Below, piece by piece: positions 1 through 9,157 of a stretch of 64,000 nt of DNA. Made by a program: the position numbers and the translations under genes. A model generated the notes under the pieces. That model saw nothing but the letters and a program-made list of their open reading frames with translations. It did no database searches and was not told the origin of the DNA. The DNA is from Oligoflexales bacterium. GTDB taxonomy: Bacteria; Bdellovibrionota_B; Oligoflexia; Oligoflexales; CAIYRB01. Each line of letters opens with the position of its first letter. The first letter of the stretch is position 1. The stretch covers positions 51,565 through 115,564 of the forward strand of contig JBGSUI010000217.1 in the NCBI GenBank assembly GCA_041736175.1. Direction: 5' to 3'.

Positions 1-100
1 TGGATCATAAGACCATGTACTGCCGTGGCGGCAACCATACGGTGGATAACTTGACACTGAAGTGACGAAATCATAACCCTTATGGCAACAAAATCTAAAC

Positions 101-129
101 AAAAAAAACCGGCTTCGTTACCAAAACCG
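101..129 (-). terminator. Rho-independent terminator or attenuator hairpin
   Basis: The minus strand reads CGGTTTTG-GTAA-CGAAGCCG (8-bp stem with G-U pairs, GNRA loop) followed by G and T8. Confidence 0.7.
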
Positions 130-318
130 TCGGTGATCTGTAGACTGATCTTACCCGCTGCTGGCAGCTTTTTTGGAATGGGGCCGGAATCAATCTTTGA
201 GCCAGCGCAAGGAGGTACGTTCCTTCTCGCTAAAACCGCCTGGAGTCGTCCCTCTTAAGGGTTACACCAAGCGGAAGCTGTTGGATAGCGATCTGTAGAT
301 GGTTAAATGGACCTCCCA

Positions 319-1695
319 TTAAAAGCGGGCATAGGCCTTTAACGTCGTGAGTACCGTGGATGGAGCGACAGATTTGTTTCGTCCTTGGAGGGGCTCGTTA
401 ACCTCCACCTCTAAAGCTAGGGGCCATTGGACAACGGTGCCGTCGAGACCGACTCCATAAACTTGGTTTACAACTTCGTTTCCTTGTCCTGTCAACACGG
501 TCCCCTCTCGCTTGGAAACGAGGGCTGAGTCGTAGTCATAAGCGAGGCCACCCTTGAGTGTGATCACAGCTAGGGTGGGGTTTAAAAAAGCGAGGGATGG
601 CTTGAGGACGATAAATCCAACTTGCCTGGCGCGGTTGCGAGCAACCTGCTCTTGGCTCTGGCCTTGGGTGCCATAATGCCCCTTACGGAGCATTTGCTCG
701 GTCTGATGTTGCCAAGATACCATGAGGTTTGACAAAGGCAAGATATCAAGATTTTGCCTAAGGGCTACATCGGTGGTACAGCGGCTGGTCGGTAAATCAT
801 CTTCACCCAAGTGGGTACAACGCCCCGTGGGCAGCCTGATTCCCACACCGAGAGAGTAACTCACCCATGCACTATCGTAGGCCTGATATAAAAGCCCTAA
901 CTCACTATCGCCAATCCCTTGGGCGCCCTTTCTTTCGTAGGTACTGGCACCAGCAAGGATTTTTTGTTCCACCATCCCATCAACCTGGCGACCATAGGCT
1001 GCGAGGCCATCTTTGATCGGGGTGCCAGCCTTAATAAAGAGCCCCGGGAGACCTGTGTTAGCCTCGGTCAAATCGATGGGTGCCATCAGGGCGTTTTGAT
1101 TGATTAGAGTGAGGCAGTTAGCTGGTTGCCCACCGCACGCACCCTTGTCGGCGAGGAGTTTGGAGGTGGCTTTTTCGAGGGCTGGGACCAGAGTCTCAGG
1201 GGTGATTCCAGGTCCAAGCTTTGCAAAACTCTGGCTGTAGGCTTTTGACTTGAGGTCTTGGAAGGCCGGTGACCCCTTAAAGTGTGCAGCATCAAGCAGG
1301 ACTGATTGGTTATGATAAAAGCGGGTGACCCATTGGAGCGAAAGCCGGTCGCTGAGGCCGTATTCCAAGACAAAGGCACTTCCAGTCCCTTTTGCTTTGA
1401 AACTACTCTTAGATTGGTGCCCGGCCGCGTCATAGCTCGTATCGCCTGACTGCACCTGGTAGGGAACACGAAGACGGGCAACGCCTTCGGGCAGGGTTTT
1501 GCCTTCGGGGGCAATAAAGTGTTTTTTCAGGGTCACCGGCGGTTTTTGCCCGGACCCATAATCCGGCTCCGAGGGAGAGGCAGCTCGCGCCAGGGGACTT
1601 TGGACAGCCACATAGGCAAGAGTCCACAGGCAGATCACTAACTTTAAGATAAAGGATTCTAAACGGGAGTCTTTGCGGGGTTTTTGGAAAGCCAT
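319..1695 (-). CDS. Exported, probable outer-membrane beta-barrel protein (transporter-like) with a helical insertion
   Basis: Signal peptide ending LARA, GIGDSELG and GIRLPTG motifs like those of MetA-pathway/CoxB-type barrels, C-terminal Phe, and an RBS (AAGGAG) upstream. Confidence 0.5.
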   Translation of the reverse strand: MAFQKPRKDSRLESFILKLVICLWTLAYVAVQSPLARAASPSEPDYGSGQKPPVTLKKHFIAPEGKTLPEGVARLRVPYQVQSGDTSYDAAGHQSKSSFKAKGTGSAFVLEYGLSDRLSLQWVTRFYHNQSVLLDAAHFKGSPAFQDLKSKAYSQSFAKLGPGITPETLVPALEKATSKLLADKGACGGQPANCLTLINQNALMAPIDLTEANTGLPGLFIKAGTPIKDGLAAYGRQVDGMVEQKILAGASTYERKGAQGIGDSELGLLYQAYDSAWVSYSLGVGIRLPTGRCTHLGEDDLPTSRCTTDVALRQNLDILPLSNLMVSWQHQTEQMLRKGHYGTQGQSQEQVARNRARQVGFIVLKPSLAFLNPTLAVITLKGGLAYDYDSALVSKREGTVLTGQGNEVVNQVYGVGLDGTVVQWPLALEVEVNEPLQGRNKSVAPSTVLTTLKAYARF

Positions 1696-1928
1696 AGTCC
1701 TATTCTCCTTAGGGTTTGGATTGAATTCTGGAAGCTCGGTGTTTCTTATAAAATCTTCAAAAAAAGATTAGAGACTTTCAGATAAAAATTTTGTTACTAT
1801 ACATAACTATTGTTGTGAGAGCAACTGGAATCTTTTGACATTGGAAATCCACTAGCCCTAGTGGCTAAGACCCAAAAAAATGCTATAGAATTTCGTGCGC
1901 TTAATGGCGAACTAAAGGGAGGCCCCCC

Positions 1929-3353
1929 ATGATGGACGAACCGACGCCCGCTGAACCAACCCAACCTATTCAGATGCTATACCGGGGGGGAACCTTGGTT
2001 TTTGAAGGGATAAGCCGCGACGTCGCCCAGAGCGTGTCCATGCTGAGCTGGGACGAAAGGACGCTCCAGTACCGGGCACCGGCCTATCGGTATCGCCCTA
2101 TTTTTACCGAACTCAGACACCGGGGTCTTCAGATCGATGACCAGGCAAGACGCTATGGAACCATTGATTTTAACGCCCAATTCACCCCACGCCCCCACCA
2201 ATCGGAAGCCCTGGCTGCCTGGATCTCCGCAGGCCAACGGGGGACCGTCGAGATGCCGACGGGCGCTGGCAAGACGATCTTAGCGATGATGGCCATGGCC
2301 CAGGTCAAACGGTCAACCCTCGTGGTGGTACCCACTATAGACCTCCTCCAACAGTGGGAACGGGTGATCCAAGGTTGTTACGGGGGGGCAGTAGGCATTC
2401 TTGGTGGTGGCCAACACGACATCCAACAGGTGACCGTGACCACCTATGACTCTGCTGCCATCCATATCGAACGCCTTGGAGACCGCTTCGGTCTGGTGAT
2501 CTTTGACGAATGCCATCATTTACCAGCTCCCCAATACCAGTTTATCGCCATGTCTTCTCTTGCTCCCTTTAGACTCGGTCTGTCGGCAACGGTTCAACGC
2601 CCCGATGGCAAAGAGAGCGTTGTTTACAATCTGGTTGGACCTCTGGTCTACGAAGGCAAGATTCGAGAGATGTCTGCGACTACGTTGGCTCCCTATGAAG
2701 TGATCACCATACAGATCACGATGAACAGTGACGAGCAAGAGGCTTACGATACCGCGCGCAAAACCTATACGAATTTTATAAAATCCCAGGGCATCAGAAT
2801 GGACCAAAAGGATGGGTGGATTGAATTTATCAAAAGGTCTGCTCGATCTTCGGACGGTCGCAAGGCCATGAAGGCCTACTGGCTCCAAAAACGCCTCGCC
2901 CAGGCGGCTGCAGCAAAAGTCTCAAAAACCTGGGATATTTTGCAACGCCACCGAGGCCAACGGATTTTGATTTTTACCGATGACAACCAAATGGCATACC
3001 GGATTGGCAGAGAGTTTTTGGTCCCAGTTCTGACCCACAAGACAAAACTTGTGGAGCGCAAACGAATTCTTGCAACCTTTCGCCAGGGAACCCAGACAGT
3101 GATCTCGACATCAAAAGTCCTCAACGAAGGGGTCGATGTCCCCGAAGCAAGCATCGGTGTGGTCCTCTCCGGGAGTGGTGCGGTGCGAGAGCATGTGCAA
3201 AGGTTGGGGCGTATCTTACGCCACCAGGAAGGTAAAACCGCAATCCTGTACGAACTGGTGGCAAAGGGCACCAGCGAACACTACGTCAACCAAAGGAGGA
3301 AGCAGCACGATGCCTATGAAGGACCCTCTGCCAGTGCGACAACCCGGTGGTAA
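1929..3353 (+). CDS. XPB/Rad25-like SF2 DNA helicase
   Basis: PRPHQ Q-motif, Walker A MPTGAGKT, DECHH, LGLSAT, NEGVDVP and QRLGRILR motifs. It is paired with DUF790 downstream. Confidence 0.9.
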   Translation: MMDEPTPAEPTQPIQMLYRGGTLVFEGISRDVAQSVSMLSWDERTLQYRAPAYRYRPIFTELRHRGLQIDDQARRYGTIDFNAQFTPRPHQSEALAAWISAGQRGTVEMPTGAGKTILAMMAMAQVKRSTLVVVPTIDLLQQWERVIQGCYGGAVGILGGGQHDIQQVTVTTYDSAAIHIERLGDRFGLVIFDECHHLPAPQYQFIAMSSLAPFRLGLSATVQRPDGKESVVYNLVGPLVYEGKIREMSATTLAPYEVITIQITMNSDEQEAYDTARKTYTNFIKSQGIRMDQKDGWIEFIKRSARSSDGRKAMKAYWLQKRLAQAAAAKVSKTWDILQRHRGQRILIFTDDNQMAYRIGREFLVPVLTHKTKLVERKRILATFRQGTQTVISTSKVLNEGVDVPEASIGVVLSGSGAVREHVQRLGRILRHQEGKTAILYELVAKGTSEHYVNQRRKQHDAYEGPSASATTRW

Positions 3354-3443
3354 AGGTCTTTGCAATATCATAAATATCAGGCACACCCGTAATGAGAAAA
3401 GGGGCACCAACGATGAGATTCCAACCGAGGGAGAAAACACGCG

Positions 3444-4658
3444 ATGCTTACCAAAGATCACCTGCAAGTGCGACGACGCGCTGGTAAGATTGTCCCCCAG
3501 TTTATAGATCCAGAAGACTCAGACTATATTGAGTCCGCAGAGGTTTTAATCGAGTTCTTCAAAGACAGCGTTGGTCTGACGGTTGGTGATTTGGAGGAAG
3601 CTGCCCAAGACCTTGGACTCAGCCCACCGATTCCCCTCGTAGTGGTCGGGGGGTTAACCAAACTCTGTATGGATCGGCTTGAACTTCGGGAGGACGATGG
3701 TTCTGCAGAGGAGTTTCGTTGGCAGATGCTAGAAAGGGCTGAATCTTTGCGGCAATCGCCCGAAGTTTTGGACCAAAAAGACTTCGAGCTCAGACTAGCA
3801 CAAACCGTAGACTTAGATATCGATACCATCCGGGATCGCCTTTACCACGACCTACCGGAAAACAGAAGCGTTCTAGGGTGGGATTCATTCACAGCGTCGG
3901 CGCTGCTCCATCGATGGAACTGCGCCCAAGTCCAGGGCCTCCTTTTACGAGCAACCACAGTAAAAATCCTGCTACCCAAGATTGCCTTAAAACAAAAAAG
4001 AACTTTGTTTAGACAATTGAAGTTTCATAGACTGCTCTCTACGGTCGAGGAAACAAGCAAAAAGCCCCAAGAGACAGGTGATTTTGAGTTCGAACTCAGC
4101 GGCCCCCTAAGCCTCTTTGACCAAGGCCAAAACTACGGCCTCCGCATAGCCAATTTTTTTCCTTATATCTTGCATTTTGAGTCCTATCGGCTCGAAGCAG
4201 AAGTCAAATGGCAAAACGAGCTTTATCAGTTTCACCTCAACGAAAAATCAGGAATAAAAAGCCACTATAAAAATCACGAACAGTATATCCCTGATGAACT
4301 CACAGCCTGCCTTAATCATTTCAACCAAAAAAACCATGGTGTAAAAGCTATTGTCGGTGAGACTTTTGTCCATATCGGAAGGGAGTCCTACTGCTTTCCA
4401 GATATCACTCTCACCTACCTCGACACGACCCGGGAGATTCATGTGGAACTCTTCCATCGATGGCATATCAAGCAGCTACGAGGCCGGCTCGATGCACTCA
4501 GCAAAAACCCTATCTCCGATTTAAAAATCGGGGTCTGCAAATCCCTAGCTAAAGAACTCGAAGCGGATATCGCTGCTTCGCAGTGGTTTACAAACAATGG
4601 ATTTTGGTTTAGAGATTTTCCGACCGCTCAAAGCTTGGCGCAGCTCCTTAGATCGTAA
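3444..4658 (+). CDS. DUF790 family (Bax1-like) endonuclease
   Basis: N-terminus MLTKDHLQVRRRAGKIVPQF, LLHRWNCAQVQGLL, LSGPLSLF and C-terminal FPD...VE nuclease-like motifs. It follows the XPB-like helicase. Confidence 0.8.
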   Translation: MLTKDHLQVRRRAGKIVPQFIDPEDSDYIESAEVLIEFFKDSVGLTVGDLEEAAQDLGLSPPIPLVVVGGLTKLCMDRLELREDDGSAEEFRWQMLERAESLRQSPEVLDQKDFELRLAQTVDLDIDTIRDRLYHDLPENRSVLGWDSFTASALLHRWNCAQVQGLLLRATTVKILLPKIALKQKRTLFRQLKFHRLLSTVEETSKKPQETGDFEFELSGPLSLFDQGQNYGLRIANFFPYILHFESYRLEAEVKWQNELYQFHLNEKSGIKSHYKNHEQYIPDELTACLNHFNQKNHGVKAIVGETFVHIGRESYCFPDITLTYLDTTREIHVELFHRWHIKQLRGRLDALSKNPISDLKIGVCKSLAKELEADIAASQWFTNNGFWFRDFPTAQSLAQLLRS

Positions 4659-5619
4659 CGAGCTGATTCTCTAACAGGTCTTGATGGAGTTGGTCGATCT
4701 TATCCCATTCGGCGGATTCAGGTAGGGAGCTTTTGACAGAAAGGACTTCGAGTTCGGCAAGCCGAGCTTTTAATTCAAGACTCCAATCAAAGTCGGCTTT
4801 TTGTCCATATCTGATCGCGCGCAAGAACTCCAGCGTTGGTCCTTGGAAAGGTAAAGTGATACACCCCTCCGTGAGGAGTTGAGCTGCCTCAAAGGTGAGT
4901 CTAAAGGCATGATGAATGCTTTTCCAATCCACGCCAGCCGATACCGCTGCGCGAGAACGGGTGCCGTATTTTCTTTCTATAACCTCCAAAGCTCCAAGAA
5001 GCCGCCTGACGGTTGTGGTGGTGTCAAAAGCCCGACCGGCAATCTTTATCAGGTCAGCTCCAGATGCGTTGCTGTAGCTGGTCAGAACTACTGGTCCGAT
5101 GCCCCCTTGGAGTTGGAGTTGTTCGCCCACCGTGGTCCCTAGAGTTTCCCGGGACTGGGTGTGACCCCAGGCAAGGATTTTTTGAATCATATCAAGGTTA
5201 TCCCCTTTAATGACTGCTTTATGGGCTTGGGCCTCGGCAAAGCGGATAAAGGGAACAATCGATTGTTTAGAGACAAACCAATCTCGCTTAGCGACCAGGG
5301 TTTTCCACTCCTCAGTCGGAGGAACGACGTGGTGTTCTTGATTGGCAAAGAGCAGTTCGAGTTGGCTAGGTTGGCCCTCCCGAGCAAGCTCCATATATCG
5401 ACCCAGAGAAAAAAACTTGCAATCGATATCATCGGTCGTGTTTCGAGGACCTTCTGAACTTTTGACGCTTTCAGAGATCTCCGCGGGATAACGTTCGATT
5501 CCAAGCAGATCTTGCCGTGAGGGCAAAAAAACCCCTAGGTAATCCCGATCTGACTGTGGACCCTGAGTCCCGTAGAGGTGGCTGCCTACGACGATTTTAC
5601 AGATTTTTTTTCGTTCCAC
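4648..5619 (-). CDS. DNA polymerase beta-superfamily nucleotidyltransferase (RlaP/YcgL-like)
   Basis: GSHLYG-x5-SDRDYLGVF (hG[GS]x9-13DxD) motif and a C-terminal helical DWKSIHHAFRL segment typical of this family. GTG start. Confidence 0.8.
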   Translation of the reverse strand: MERKKICKIVVGSHLYGTQGPQSDRDYLGVFLPSRQDLLGIERYPAEISESVKSSEGPRNTTDDIDCKFFSLGRYMELAREGQPSQLELLFANQEHHVVPPTEEWKTLVAKRDWFVSKQSIVPFIRFAEAQAHKAVIKGDNLDMIQKILAWGHTQSRETLGTTVGEQLQLQGGIGPVVLTSYSNASGADLIKIAGRAFDTTTTVRRLLGALEVIERKYGTRSRAAVSAGVDWKSIHHAFRLTFEAAQLLTEGCITLPFQGPTLEFLRAIRYGQKADFDWSLELKARLAELEVLSVKSSLPESAEWDKIDQLHQDLLENQLVTI

Positions 5620-5657
5620 CCTGGTCCTATCAATCTTCTTGCAGATCCGTTTCCTGA

Positions 5658-7112
5658 TTAGTTTAGATCTTGTTTTGAAACGATCTTTCCTACCAGATCA
5701 TAATCATGGGTTTCGGTGATCTCCACATATTGCATGGTCCCAGGCTGAAGATTCTCCCCATCGTTGATATAGACCAGCCCATCGACTTCAGGAGCTTGAG
5801 TCGCCAGTCGTCCCTGCCAAAGGAGATCTGATTCTTGGCTGATGCCTTCGATCAAACAAGGCAGTCTTTGCCCGCGATAGGCTTCCAATTTAGCTCTTGA
5901 AATGGTTTTTTGGAGTTCCATAATCTGCTCTAGCCGCGTTTGTTTAGTCTCTTCGTCAATCTGATTTTTCATCCGTCCAGCGACGGTGCCTTCTTCCTGG
6001 GAATAAGCAAATACGCCCAGATGATCAAACTTCTGCTCACCAATAAAGTCCACAAGCTGGTCAAAATCAGCAGCGGTCTCACCAGGAAAGCCGACCATCA
6101 CACTGGTGCGAATCGCAATATGGGGAACTCTTGCCCTAAGCCGCGCCAGGGTCGAACGAAGCTCTCCCTGGTTTACGGCGCGGTTCATCGCCTTGAGGAT
6201 CGAGTCCGAGGCATGCTGAACGGGGATATCGATATAAGGTGCCAGTTTTGGTTCCGTAGCAAACAACTCGATCAACTCATCGCTGAGATTTTCAGGATAG
6301 ACATAAAGGCAACGAATCCATTGTAGACCATCGATCTTACTCAGTTCTTTTAATAATGGTAGCAGCAGATCTTCACCACGATCGCGACCATAGGCTGCAA
6401 GATCTTGGGCGATGAGATTAATTTCTAAGACGCCCTGTTGCACCAGCTGCTTAACCTCACGAATCACTGAGTCGATGGGCCTCGAACGGAGTTTGCCACG
6501 GATGGCTGGAATGATGCAAAAAGCACATTGGTGTTGGCACCCCTCGGCAACCTTCACATAGGCTGCATGCTTGGCCAGGGTATTAAGCCTCGGTAGGTCG
6601 TCAGAATACAGGTAGTGGGTCCGTTTAGCGTAGACTCGGGACAGGGGGGACGAGGGGCTTTTTTGTGGACTTTGGCCATCAGCACACTCGTAGAGCTGCT
6701 CGATATAGGTCCCAATCTTGGTGAATTCATCGGTACCAATAAACAAATCCACTTCTGGTAGGCCTCGCGCCAGTTGGGATTTATACCGTTGGGTCAGACA
6801 ACCAGTCACAACAACCTTTAGGTTTTTGTTGGTTTTTTTAAGCTCTGTGGCTTGAAGGATGGTGTCTATGCTCTCTTCTTTTGCCGAACCAATAAATCCA
6901 CAGGTGTTGACGATCACCACATCAGCCTCTTCGGGAGTCTCCGTCGAAAGCCAACCACCACCTAAAAGAGTGCCGAGCATCACCTCAGAGTCAACCCGGT
7001 TGCGGGCGCAACCAAGAGAGATCAAATGGGCCTTTTTAGGAGTTAAAACAACGACCTTGGCATTCTCTTGTGCCCCTTGGGCAGCCTCTGGCTGGCTCGT
7101 CGTTTGGTCCAT
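5658..7112 (-). CDS. rimO: Ribosomal protein S12 methylthiotransferase RimO
   Basis: SLGCARNRVDSE, VNTCGFI, radical-SAM CQHQCAFC and C-terminal TRAM domain (QAPEVDG). Start placed at ATG 7112 because of a GGAGG RBS. Confidence 0.95.
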   Translation of the reverse strand: MDQTTSQPEAAQGAQENAKVVVLTPKKAHLISLGCARNRVDSEVMLGTLLGGGWLSTETPEEADVVIVNTCGFIGSAKEESIDTILQATELKKTNKNLKVVVTGCLTQRYKSQLARGLPEVDLFIGTDEFTKIGTYIEQLYECADGQSPQKSPSSPLSRVYAKRTHYLYSDDLPRLNTLAKHAAYVKVAEGCQHQCAFCIIPAIRGKLRSRPIDSVIREVKQLVQQGVLEINLIAQDLAAYGRDRGEDLLLPLLKELSKIDGLQWIRCLYVYPENLSDELIELFATEPKLAPYIDIPVQHASDSILKAMNRAVNQGELRSTLARLRARVPHIAIRTSVMVGFPGETAADFDQLVDFIGEQKFDHLGVFAYSQEEGTVAGRMKNQIDEETKQTRLEQIMELQKTISRAKLEAYRGQRLPCLIEGISQESDLLWQGRLATQAPEVDGLVYINDGENLQPGTMQYVEITETHDYDLVGKIVSKQDLN

Positions 7113-7177
7113 GGTTGGTAACCTCCACTGTGTTTTCATCAAACCTCGGCTTGGCAGACGTGAGTATCATAAAAAAC

Positions 7178-7224
7178 CGCTGGCGAAAAGCGGGGAATTG
7201 CTTCGGCTAGGAGGTCGATTCTGG
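7178..7224 (+). repeat. 47-bp imperfect direct repeat, left copy, flanking the hipBA cassette
   Basis: cgctggcgaaaagcggggaattgcttcggctaggaggtcgattctgg matches 9056-9102 at 42 of 47 positions. Confidence 0.85.
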
Positions 7225-7243
7225 TTTTGTGCAAGATTTAAGT

Positions 7244-8581
7244 TCAAGCTAGCTCCACGGCTTCGGCGGAGTTCCGCATTTTGCGCCGCACCTGCTCGCC
7301 GAGTTGAGGAAGGTGCATCGCGTCACCATCCAAACCTTCGAAGGCATAAGGATTTAGGAACGCACGGCTAGCCAGCATGTTCCGGTCGGCCCCTCCGAGG
7401 TCAGCGACAGTGCAGACGGCGGCCCAGTGCTCGCCGATCTTGGTGACTAGCCCTTCGATCGCAGCGATCGCCTCCGCCCGCGGGAGCAAAAACATGGAGG
7501 CGGCGTCGAGGCAGGTCGCGAGTCGGCTCGAACGCTTCTGGCCGATGATCGCCATGGCCTGCGTAGCCTCGCCGCCAGCTCGGGGCTGCGGACAGAGGTC
7601 ATAGGCCGGTGAGAGCCTGAGATTGTTACCATCCCACAGCGCGGCGTGGTTGCGAGCATGATCGTCGGTATTTCCACACAGAACGTTGAAGGCGAGGCGA
7701 GCGAATAGCTCTTTCAGGGTAGGCTTCGGGTCGACGAATTCGTGGCGAATGATGCGCGCGAGGGCCTCGTAGCTGGCGTATCGGGCCATCATCTCGTCGA
7801 GTTTGAGGAGCGTGAGCGCTGAGATCGTTGCGTGGCGTTGCCAGGAGGTATTGCCCTTCGAAGTGCGATCGAAACGCTCAACGAGGAGGACGTCCTTGTG
7901 CGCCGAGCGCACCAGCTTTACCGGTGCGACTACGAGACCCGCGAGCGCTCCGAGGCGCATGGCGATAAACTCGGCTTTGACGACGGGATAGAGGTCGCTC
8001 GAGGCGGCGAACTTGGCGATATGCTTCTTGTCGCCATCGACGATCAGGGCTTTTGGGCGAGCCCCACCGATCGAACTGCCGTGATGCAACGCGCGGTCCA
8101 GCTCGGGTGTCAGCGGCACGCCCATTTCTACACGCTTGGCGGCAGTCTGCAGCTCGTCGAGGCTGGCGGGAGCGGCCAAACGCGGCACGTAGGCGGCGGC
8201 AGATCTTTGAAAGTCGAGAGCGCCGATGCGGTCGGACCCTGATTCCAAGAAGTAGGTCAGCTCGTCGATTCTGGCCGTGTCTGCTTGGTCGCCCTTGTCG
8301 CCGAGTAGGTGATTCAGGATGACGCGCCGCCCCCAGGCGTCTGGCGAGGCGTCCCGTAGGCAGCCAGACATCGTAAGGCCATCGAGCGGCCTGAGCTCCC
8401 CGGGCTCGAGCGGTAATTCGGCCTTGTGAATCGATATTGCGTTTTTGCGTCCCAGATAGGAACGCCCGTAATTGAAGACCAAGCTCGGACCGTCAGCTGC
8501 GACGCGGCCGGCGACGACGGGCTTGGTGGCGCCGGGTAGCCAAATCCAGACAAAGAGCTCGGTCGGTGCGTTAGAAGTCAT
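7244..8581 (-). CDS. hipA: HipA family toxin kinase (N-terminal HipA domain plus kinase domain)
   Basis: P-loop GSSIGGARPK, LLVERFDR, NTDDHARN and LSPAYD motifs. GC content is much higher than in the flanking genes. Confidence 0.92.
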   Translation of the reverse strand: MTSNAPTELFVWIWLPGATKPVVAGRVAADGPSLVFNYGRSYLGRKNAISIHKAELPLEPGELRPLDGLTMSGCLRDASPDAWGRRVILNHLLGDKGDQADTARIDELTYFLESGSDRIGALDFQRSAAAYVPRLAAPASLDELQTAAKRVEMGVPLTPELDRALHHGSSIGGARPKALIVDGDKKHIAKFAASSDLYPVVKAEFIAMRLGALAGLVVAPVKLVRSAHKDVLLVERFDRTSKGNTSWQRHATISALTLLKLDEMMARYASYEALARIIRHEFVDPKPTLKELFARLAFNVLCGNTDDHARNHAALWDGNNLRLSPAYDLCPQPRAGGEATQAMAIIGQKRSSRLATCLDAASMFLLPRAEAIAAIEGLVTKIGEHWAAVCTVADLGGADRNMLASRAFLNPYAFEGLDGDAMHLPQLGEQVRRKMRNSAEAVELA

Positions 8582-8906
8582 CTTTGACCTTTCGCTTGGC
8601 TCGGATGCTTTTTGGCAAAAGGGCCAGCTTGGCGGTGACTAGATCGATGTCCATGGTGAGGCGCCCATGCTCCGGTTCAAAAAGCGTGACGCCCGTCAAT
8701 GCCGCTAGTTCGAACACGAGCCCGATTTCGCACTTGAGGTCGCCCTTTTCGACCTTTTTCAAGGTCGCTCGCGAGATACCTGCGCGGTCGGCGAGCTGCT
8801 GTTCGGTCCACCTGCGCTGTTTCCGCCCCAACTGGATCAAATGACCCAATAGTGTTGTCGATTCAATTACATAGGGGCTATATGTGCGGATTACTTTGCG
8901 AGTCAT
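8571..8906 (-). CDS. XRE-family HTH antitoxin (HipB-like)
   Basis: RKQRRWTEQQLADRAGISRATLKKVEKG HTH, overlapping the hipA start by 11 bp. ATG 8906 has an AGGA RBS. Confidence 0.85.
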   Translation of the reverse strand: MTRKVIRTYSPYVIESTTLLGHLIQLGRKQRRWTEQQLADRAGISRATLKKVEKGDLKCEIGLVFELAALTGVTLFEPEHGRLTMDIDLVTAKLALLPKSIRAKRKVKDDF

Positions 8907-8940
8907 GTAGATTCCTATAACGGCCACAAAGGCATTTTAT

Positions 8941-9044
8941 GGCTACTATAATAGCCTTTTGAGTGGCTGCAGCCAAGGCGTTTTAATAGCCGTAAAACTA
9001 TTCCACGGCTATTATAATATCCAAATGAGTGGGCTGCAGCAACG
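8941..9044. promoter_or_regulatory. Putative antitoxin operator repeats
   Basis: Near-palindrome GGCTACTATAATAGCC, inverted repeat TAATAGCCGT-N11-ACGGCTATTA, and two related ~35-bp units starting at 8941 and 9007. Confidence 0.55.
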
Positions 9045-9055
9045 CCAACCTCCAG

Positions 9056-9102
9056 CGCTGCCGAAAAGCGCGGAATTGCTTCCACTAGGAGTTCGATTCT
9101 GG
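9056..9102 (+). repeat. 47-bp imperfect direct repeat, right copy
   Basis: cgctgccgaaaagcgcggaattgcttccactaggagttcgattctgg, 42/47 identical to 7178-7224. Confidence 0.85.
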
Positions 9103-9157
9103 CTAAGATGGAGAGCTCATGGATCATTACGGGCTGGTAAAACCACTTGGAGTTACG

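Noticed and set aside
151..166. Minus-strand TGCCAGCAGCGGGTAA resembles the 16S rRNA 515 region
   Set aside because: The match is short and gapped, with no flanking rRNA similarity.
255..285. AAGGGTTACACCAAGCGG resembles the 3' arm of E. coli 6S RNA
   Set aside because: I could not build the long 6S rod with a matching 5' arm, and the terminator indicates minus-strand transcription.
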